The notes under the pieces are model-generated. The model had not been told where the DNA came from, searched no databases, and worked only from the letters and a program-made list of their open reading frames with translations. The translations under genes and the position numbers were made by a program. DNA of 64,000 nucleotides, taken from Nitrospirota bacterium. Lineage in GTDB: Bacteria; Nitrospirota; UBA9217. Positions 58,971-64,000 of the stretch are shown here, in pieces. The stretch lies in contig CAWBNQ010000003.1 of the NCBI GenBank assembly GCA_963790205.1, forward strand, positions 960,001-1,024,000, written 5' to 3'. How positions within the stretch are numbered: the first letter of the stretch is position 1; each line of letters starts with the position of its first letter.

Positions 58971-60201
58971 TCTCTTCAAGATAGCGGTCAGGAACCTCCT
59001 TCGATACAAGCGGCGAACGCTGCTCACCGCCTCGCTCATCACCATCGGCGTGGTTTTCGTACTCGTGTTCATGTCCGTGTCAGGCTCTTTCAAGAACATG
59101 ATGATCGGACTGATAACCGATTCCATGCTCGGCCACGTGCAGGTGCACCGCAAGGGCTACGTCGCATCCATCGACAACCTGCCTTTGAACCTGAACATGA
59201 AGGCGGGCGCCGTAAAGCGGGTCGAGGCGGTCCTGAATGACCTGCCCGAGATCGCGGCCTGGTCGCCGCGCATCAAATTCGGCGGCATGTTCAGCAACTT
59301 CGCGGAGACCACAAATATCAGGCTGAACGGCGTCATCCCCGAAAAGGAGGTCGCCACCGTGCCGCTGCTTATGTCGCGGGTCATCGAAGGCGAAAAAGAA
59401 ATAAAACGGGGCGAGATCCTTATTCCCGAACTCCTGGCAAAGGGCATGAAAGTGAAAGTCGGCGACATGGTGGTCATCGTGGCCACGAACAAGGACGGCT
59501 CCGTGAACGGCAAGCAGTTCAAGGTCGGCGGCATCCTCCAGAGCGTTTCGGGTCCCGGTGGCCGGGACGGTTATATTCACTTCGACGATGCCGTGGAGGT
59601 CCTGAGGATGGAAGAACCGGAGGTGAGCGAGTTTGCGATCAGGCTGAAAAAGTTCGACGCGCTGCATAGCTTCGCGGCGGCGCTGCAGGCCAGGCTCGCG
59701 CAGGAGTTGAACAAAGACGGCAAGCCTATCTTCGAAGTCCATACCTGGGAGCAGCTCACCCCCTTTTACAACGTAGCCCGCATGATCGACGTCATGACAT
59801 TTTTCGTGAAGCTCATGCTTATCGCCATCGTTTTGATCAGCATCATGAACGTGATGATCATGGCCGTCTATGAGCGGATACGCGAGATCGGCACCATCGC
59901 GGCCATCGGGACCCTGCCGGGGAAAATCCTCAACATGTTCGTGATCGAGGGGTTCTGTCTCGGCGTTGTGGGCGCGATCATCGGCAATATTGTCGGGATA
60001 GCATTGATCATTATCCTCAACATGTCCAGGGTCACCTTCAACTTTGGAATGCAGCAGGGCCTGGTCCTGCAGGCAACCATAAAACCGGCCGATCTTTTGA
60101 TTATCTCGCTGACGGTAATAATCGTCTCGGTGATCGCCAGCCTCCAGCCCGCGTTCAAGGCGTCGCGGATGGAGCCTATCGAGGCGCTGAGACATGTGTA
60201 G
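58963..60201 (+). CDS. ABC permease (LolC/E, FtsX-like)
   Basis: IAVRNL.RYKRRT, periplasmic domain, ERIREIGTI.AIG and PAFKASRMEPIEALRHV. Confidence 0.92.
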   Translation: MGNLFKIAVRNLLRYKRRTLLTASLITIGVVFVLVFMSVSGSFKNMMIGLITDSMLGHVQVHRKGYVASIDNLPLNLNMKAGAVKRVEAVLNDLPEIAAWSPRIKFGGMFSNFAETTNIRLNGVIPEKEVATVPLLMSRVIEGEKEIKRGEILIPELLAKGMKVKVGDMVVIVATNKDGSVNGKQFKVGGILQSVSGPGGRDGYIHFDDAVEVLRMEEPEVSEFAIRLKKFDALHSFAAALQARLAQELNKDGKPIFEVHTWEQLTPFYNVARMIDVMTFFVKLMLIAIVLISIMNVMIMAVYERIREIGTIAAIGTLPGKILNMFVIEGFCLGVVGAIIGNIVGIALIIILNMSRVTFNFGMQQGLVLQATIKPADLLIISLTVIIVSVIASLQPAFKASRMEPIEALRHV

Positions 60202-60211
60202 GAGAATTGCC

Positions 60212-60940
60212 ATGCTGAAAATACTGATAGTCATCATAACGGCGCTCTTCACTGTCCCCGCATACGCCGTGGACGGAACGGCGCTTCTGAAACAGATCGA
60301 CCGGAACCTGAACCCGACATCCTACGAGTCTTACCGGAAGCTCATCAACATCGAGCCCGACGGCAGGAAGAAGGAATACACGCTTTTTACCGTCAAGAAA
60401 GGTATCGATAAGGTCGCGGGGCTTTTCATCGCGCCGGCCAGCGAAAAAGGCAGAAGCACGCTCCGGCTCGGGGACAACATGTGGCTCTACATCCCGAACG
60501 TTGGCAAGCCCATCCGGATCACGAGCCTTCAGTCCGTGGTGGGCGGGGTATTCAACAACGCCGACATCCTGCAGCTCGATTACGCGGCGGAGTACACTGT
60601 CGAGAAGGTGGAGGAGCAGGGGAACGAATACCTCCTTCACCTCAAGGCGAAGACGAAGACCGTGGCCTACGACCGGATACGGCTTTGGGCCGAGAAGGAG
60701 CGAAAGCTCCCGACGAAGATTGAGTGCCTCACGGAAACCGGCATGCTGATCAAGACGCTTTACTTCAAGGACGTTAAGGATTTTGGTGAAGGCATCGTGC
60801 GGCCCGCGGTCATCGAGACCGACAGCCCGCTCTATAAGAACTATAAATCGATCATGATATTGGCAAAGATCAAGGCGCGGGGCTTCAAGGACGAGGTCTT
60901 CACGCTCACGTTCATGCCGAACCTGGAGTCGTTGCGGTAA
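60212..60940 (+). CDS. outer membrane lipoprotein-sorting (LolA-like) protein
   Basis: Signal peptide, F.APASEKG...L..GDNMWLY.P, F.N.D and Y..I.LW motifs; RBS AGGAG before ATG 60212. Confidence 0.8.
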   Translation: MLKILIVIITALFTVPAYAVDGTALLKQIDRNLNPTSYESYRKLINIEPDGRKKEYTLFTVKKGIDKVAGLFIAPASEKGRSTLRLGDNMWLYIPNVGKPIRITSLQSVVGGVFNNADILQLDYAAEYTVEKVEEQGNEYLLHLKAKTKTVAYDRIRLWAEKERKLPTKIECLTETGMLIKTLYFKDVKDFGEGIVRPAVIETDSPLYKNYKSIMILAKIKARGFKDEVFTLTFMPNLESLR

Positions 60941-60942
60941 GG

Positions 60943-62289
60943 ATGAGGCGCATGATTTACGCCATGGGGCAGGGAACGATGAAAGCCTATTGGGCCTGCT
61001 TTGCACTCTACCTTTTTTTTTGCATGCGCTGTTTCCCGGCCCTGGCGTTTGGTGCGGACGAATACGCCTTCGATTTGTCGGAGGTAGAAAAAAAACCGTA
61101 CCATATCGGCGGGTACGCGGAGCTCCGGCCTGTGCTGTACGGGCTAGATCGGGACGCGGCCTTGTACCAGCTGCGATTCTACAGCCTGGACGAAGGCCAT
61201 ACCCTGCCGGAATATAACGCAGCTCTTCAGCTTGAAGGCGGTATTGAAAAGGGAATCACAAAGTTTTTCTCGAGAACAAATACCGCGTATCAGGACTCCT
61301 ATCTTGGCGCGACCTCCACGACGACGGTGTACGAAGCTTTTTTATCCGTCAAGCCCGCACCGTCCCTTACGATCGACGCGGGCAAAAAAACGCTCAAATG
61401 GGGCAAGGGCTATGCCTGGAACCCCGTGGCATTCGTGGACCGGCCGAAAAACCCCGATGAGCCGGACCTGAACCTCGAAGGTTACGTCGTGGCTTCGGCT
61501 GATTACATCAAAAGCTTCAGCGGCCCGCTCAAGACGTTTTCTATAACGCCGGTGCTCGTCCCGGTCTCGGGGCGCGTGAACGACGATTATGGAAAAGCGA
61601 ACCATCTGAACACGGCCGGAAAGGTCTATTTTCTTCTCTATGATACGGACATAGACTTCCTGTTCCTCTCAGGTGGTAGTAAACCTTCGCGTATGGGCAT
61701 GGACTTCTCCAGGAACATTACGACGAACCTTGAAGTCCACGGAGAACTCGCCCGCATTAATGATATCATGCAGAGCTTCATCGGCGGCGACGGCAGCTCT
61801 CATCAGGCCGTCTACGACGCAACAAGCTGGCTCCTCGGCCTCCGGTATCTTACCGAAAAGGACATGACGTACATCCTCGAATACTACCGGAACGGGACGG
61901 GCTTTACGGAGCAGGAGATGAAGGACTATTTCACCTTCGTGCACGGCGCTTATGATACCTATCGGTCTACGGGAAACGATACGCTGCTTCAGTATGCGGC
62001 TACTGCGTCCGCGAAAAGCTATGGCATGCCGAATATCGGGCGGGAGTATCTGTACCTGAGAGCGAGCCAGAAGGACCCTTTCGATATTCTCTATTGGACG
62101 CCGGCATTAACATGGATGATCAACGTGGAGGATAGAAGTTATTCGCTCTCGCCTGAAATCATGTATACAGGGATTACGAACCTGGAACTCCGACTTAAAG
62201 CCATTGTCCTGGCAGGAGGCACATTAACCGAGTTCGGAGAGAAACCATACGATTATCGCGCGGAGCTAAGGGCGCGGTATTATTTTTAG
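60943..62289 (+). CDS. putative outer membrane beta-barrel protein
   Basis: Signal peptide, GKKTLKWGKGYAWNPV, amphipathic strands, C-terminal RARYYF. Start may be later. Confidence 0.7.
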   Translation: MRRMIYAMGQGTMKAYWACFALYLFFCMRCFPALAFGADEYAFDLSEVEKKPYHIGGYAELRPVLYGLDRDAALYQLRFYSLDEGHTLPEYNAALQLEGGIEKGITKFFSRTNTAYQDSYLGATSTTTVYEAFLSVKPAPSLTIDAGKKTLKWGKGYAWNPVAFVDRPKNPDEPDLNLEGYVVASADYIKSFSGPLKTFSITPVLVPVSGRVNDDYGKANHLNTAGKVYFLLYDTDIDFLFLSGGSKPSRMGMDFSRNITTNLEVHGELARINDIMQSFIGGDGSSHQAVYDATSWLLGLRYLTEKDMTYILEYYRNGTGFTEQEMKDYFTFVHGAYDTYRSTGNDTLLQYAATASAKSYGMPNIGREYLYLRASQKDPFDILYWTPALTWMINVEDRSYSLSPEIMYTGITNLELRLKAIVLAGGTLTEFGEKPYDYRAELRARYYF

Positions 62290-62484
62290 GCTGCTAATCA
62301 TGGTACTGACGTAAGGGGTGAGGACAAGTATCCAGGAAGGGCGGGGCGGAAAAATAAAAACCCTGAATTTTGCCTTGTTTCCAGTTTCATATGCGGAATC
62401 AGAGGATGACGGCTTTATGATGATTCTGTCATTTTCGATTATTTTACCCTCCCGGATTTGTTTTACATTACTGACCGTTTCGCC

Positions 62485-62602
62485 TGCATTCGCAGGACCC
62501 TGGAAGGGCCGGCGGGGAAGCGGCGGCTGGGGCATGGGGTCGCAGTATAACAGGATGTACAATCCCACACCGGTGGAGACCGTGGCGGGAACGGGAGGCT
62601 AG
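62485..62602 (+). pseudogene. truncated remnant of the OB-fold gene (copy 3)
   Basis: AFAGPWKGRRGSGGWGMGSQYNRMYNPTPVETVAG then stop; 47 bp (62516-62562) identical to 57833-57879. Confidence 0.8.
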
Positions 62603-62671
62603 GAATGGCATCCAGCGTCAGCTCAGCTTAACGTGTTGTAATTCACAGCGCTAAAAAATCAGGGAGGCATT

Positions 62672-64000
62672 ATGATGAACGATAATTACGACGTCCTGGT
62701 TATTGGGGGTGGCCCGGGTGGGACGCCTGCCGCCATGCAGCTGGCTTCCAGAGGCAAGAAAGTGTTATTGGTCGAGAAGTCAGGCAAATTGGGCGGGGCT
62801 TGCCTGTTTGTTGGCTGTATTCCATCGAAGATCATCAAACATGCAGCAGATGAATATGATTCTACCAGTCGCGCTGCTTTCGGCAGACAAGCAGCTTCAG
62901 AAGACAGGAGCGTTGTCTGGAGGAACATTCGGGCGACCATGGACCGGATCTTGTCCTCAAGGTCGGACGCCGCCCTGCAGAGAGTCAAACGAATTCCCGG
63001 TTTGACGTTCGTTGCCGGGAGTGCGCGCTTTGCTTCAAACCGCCGGGTTGAAATTGAAGAAAGCGGCGGGAAGAAGAACTCCTGCACATTCGAACAGGCG
63101 ATCATTTCCACCGGTTCGGTGCCGTCAATTCCGCCGTTCGGGGGAAATGCCGCGCAGAAGGTACTCACCAGTGAAATGCTTTTCGAACGGGATGCCCTTC
63201 CCGAATCGCTGGTGATCATCGGCGGCGGTCCGATCGGTGTTGAGTTGGCGCAAATGCTGTCAAAATTAAACGTCAAATGCACCATTATCGAAATGCTGGA
63301 CACCATCCTGCACGGAATTGTCGAACCGGAGTTCGTGGATCGTCTCACGCAAAAGCTTTATGAGTCAAATATTGGTGTTTACGCTTCCTCAAAGGTGCGG
63401 GAAATAGAGCGGTCGGACAGGGATTTTTACACGTCTTTCACGGATGCACAGGGTGATAGAAAAACCATTCAATCCCAACAGGTAATGGTTGCAGCCGGTA
63501 GATTGCCCAACGTGGGAGATCTAAATCTGGAAGCGACCGGCATACAGTTTTCTCAAAGAGGCATTGCTGTAAATGAATATCTTGAAACGCACGTGAAAGG
63601 AATCTATGCTACGGGGGACGTTATCCCAGGTCCGAAATTTGCGCATACTGCCACCTACGAGGGTCATATCGCAGCCGCAAACATCCTGAAGGGCAATGTC
63701 CAAAAGGCGGATTTTTCAAAAAACTCCTGGGTCTTGTTTTCGGAACCTGAGGTGGCATCCGTCGGATATACACAAGCTGAAGCCATAAATCATGGACATG
63801 AAATCATTACGGGAAGCTATAACTACGAAATCGATGCCGCGGCTCAAATATCCGGGAATCCCTTCGGCGTGCTGAAATTTGTTGTGGATAAGAAAACCCG
63901 GCAGATTATCGGCGTTCATATCTTCACCCGGGGTGCCGCCTCGATTATCGGAGAAGCTGCTTTGATTGTATCCGGGAAATTAACCCTCCAGGATGTTGCC
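62672..64000 (+). CDS. class I pyridine nucleotide-disulfide oxidoreductase (dihydrolipoyl dehydrogenase-like), 3' end off window
   Basis: Not in ORF track. RBS GGGAGG; MMNDNYDVLVIGGGPGG...GGACLFVGCIPSK, IIGGGPIGVELA and IYATGDV. Confidence 0.9.
   Translation, partial: MMNDNYDVLVIGGGPGGTPAAMQLASRGKKVLLVEKSGKLGGACLFVGCIPSKIIKHAADEYDSTSRAAFGRQAASEDRSVVWRNIRATMDRILSSRSDAALQRVKRIPGLTFVAGSARFASNRRVEIEESGGKKNSCTFEQAIISTGSVPSIPPFGGNAAQKVLTSEMLFERDALPESLVIIGGGPIGVELAQMLSKLNVKCTIIEMLDTILHGIVEPEFVDRLTQKLYESNIGVYASSKVREIERSDRDFYTSFTDAQGDRKTIQSQQVMVAAGRLPNVGDLNLEATGIQFSQRGIAVNEYLETHVKGIYATGDVIPGPKFAHTATYEGHIAAANILKGNVQKADFSKNSWVLFSEPEVASVGYTQAEAINHGHEIITGSYNYEIDAAAQISGNPFGVLKFVVDKKTRQIIGVHIFTRGAASIIGEAALIVSGKLTLQDVA

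Noticed and set aside
62672..64000. Mercuric reductase MerA
   Set aside because: No N-terminal metal-binding domain, active site CLFVGC rather than the MerA-type CVNVGC, no mer genes nearby, and the C-terminus is outside the window.

Overview
Bacterial chromosomal window with mostly GC-rich coding sequence. The gatC-panD-gatA-gatB order and the gene content suggest an anaerobic Nitrospirota/deltaproteobacterial-type organism (inference). 1-15.5 kb holds accessory envelope, redox and regulatory genes: a DUF4382 lipoprotein, HPP protein, orphan PhnD-type binding protein, nitroreductase, secreted FN3 proteins, a CBS protein, a divergent Cys-rich HTH regulator / His-helix secreted protein pair, PAP2, phoBR and a cupredoxin. 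15.6-28 kb is a housekeeping block (DUF502-glmU-glmS-pcrA-gatC-panD-gatA-gatB-SurA_N, then an M20 dipeptidase on the minus strand). Its gene junctions carry degenerate 7-mer/9-mer repeat arrays, and gatB contains an in-frame 190 bp patch of about 33% GC. 28.3-64 kb is a roughly 36 kb run of about 37 co-oriented genes for arsenic, metal, sulfur and thiol-redox handling. It includes an extended ars cluster (arsP-trx-arsR-acr3-trx) with no arsC, RND efflux, an octaheme tetrathionate reductase-family cytochrome with cytochrome b, CDF, a minimal SUF pair (SmsCB-like), a P-type ATPase, USPs and a Lol-like ABC cassette. Best finding: a probable selenoprotein missing from the ORF track (35665-35889; in-frame TGA in a GR-U-C motif followed by a SECIS-like hairpin) inside the ars cluster, next to a frameshifted Cys-motif metallophosphoesterase. 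No rRNA, tRNA, CRISPR array, integrase or transposase was recognised. Family calls come from motif recognition, not database searches.
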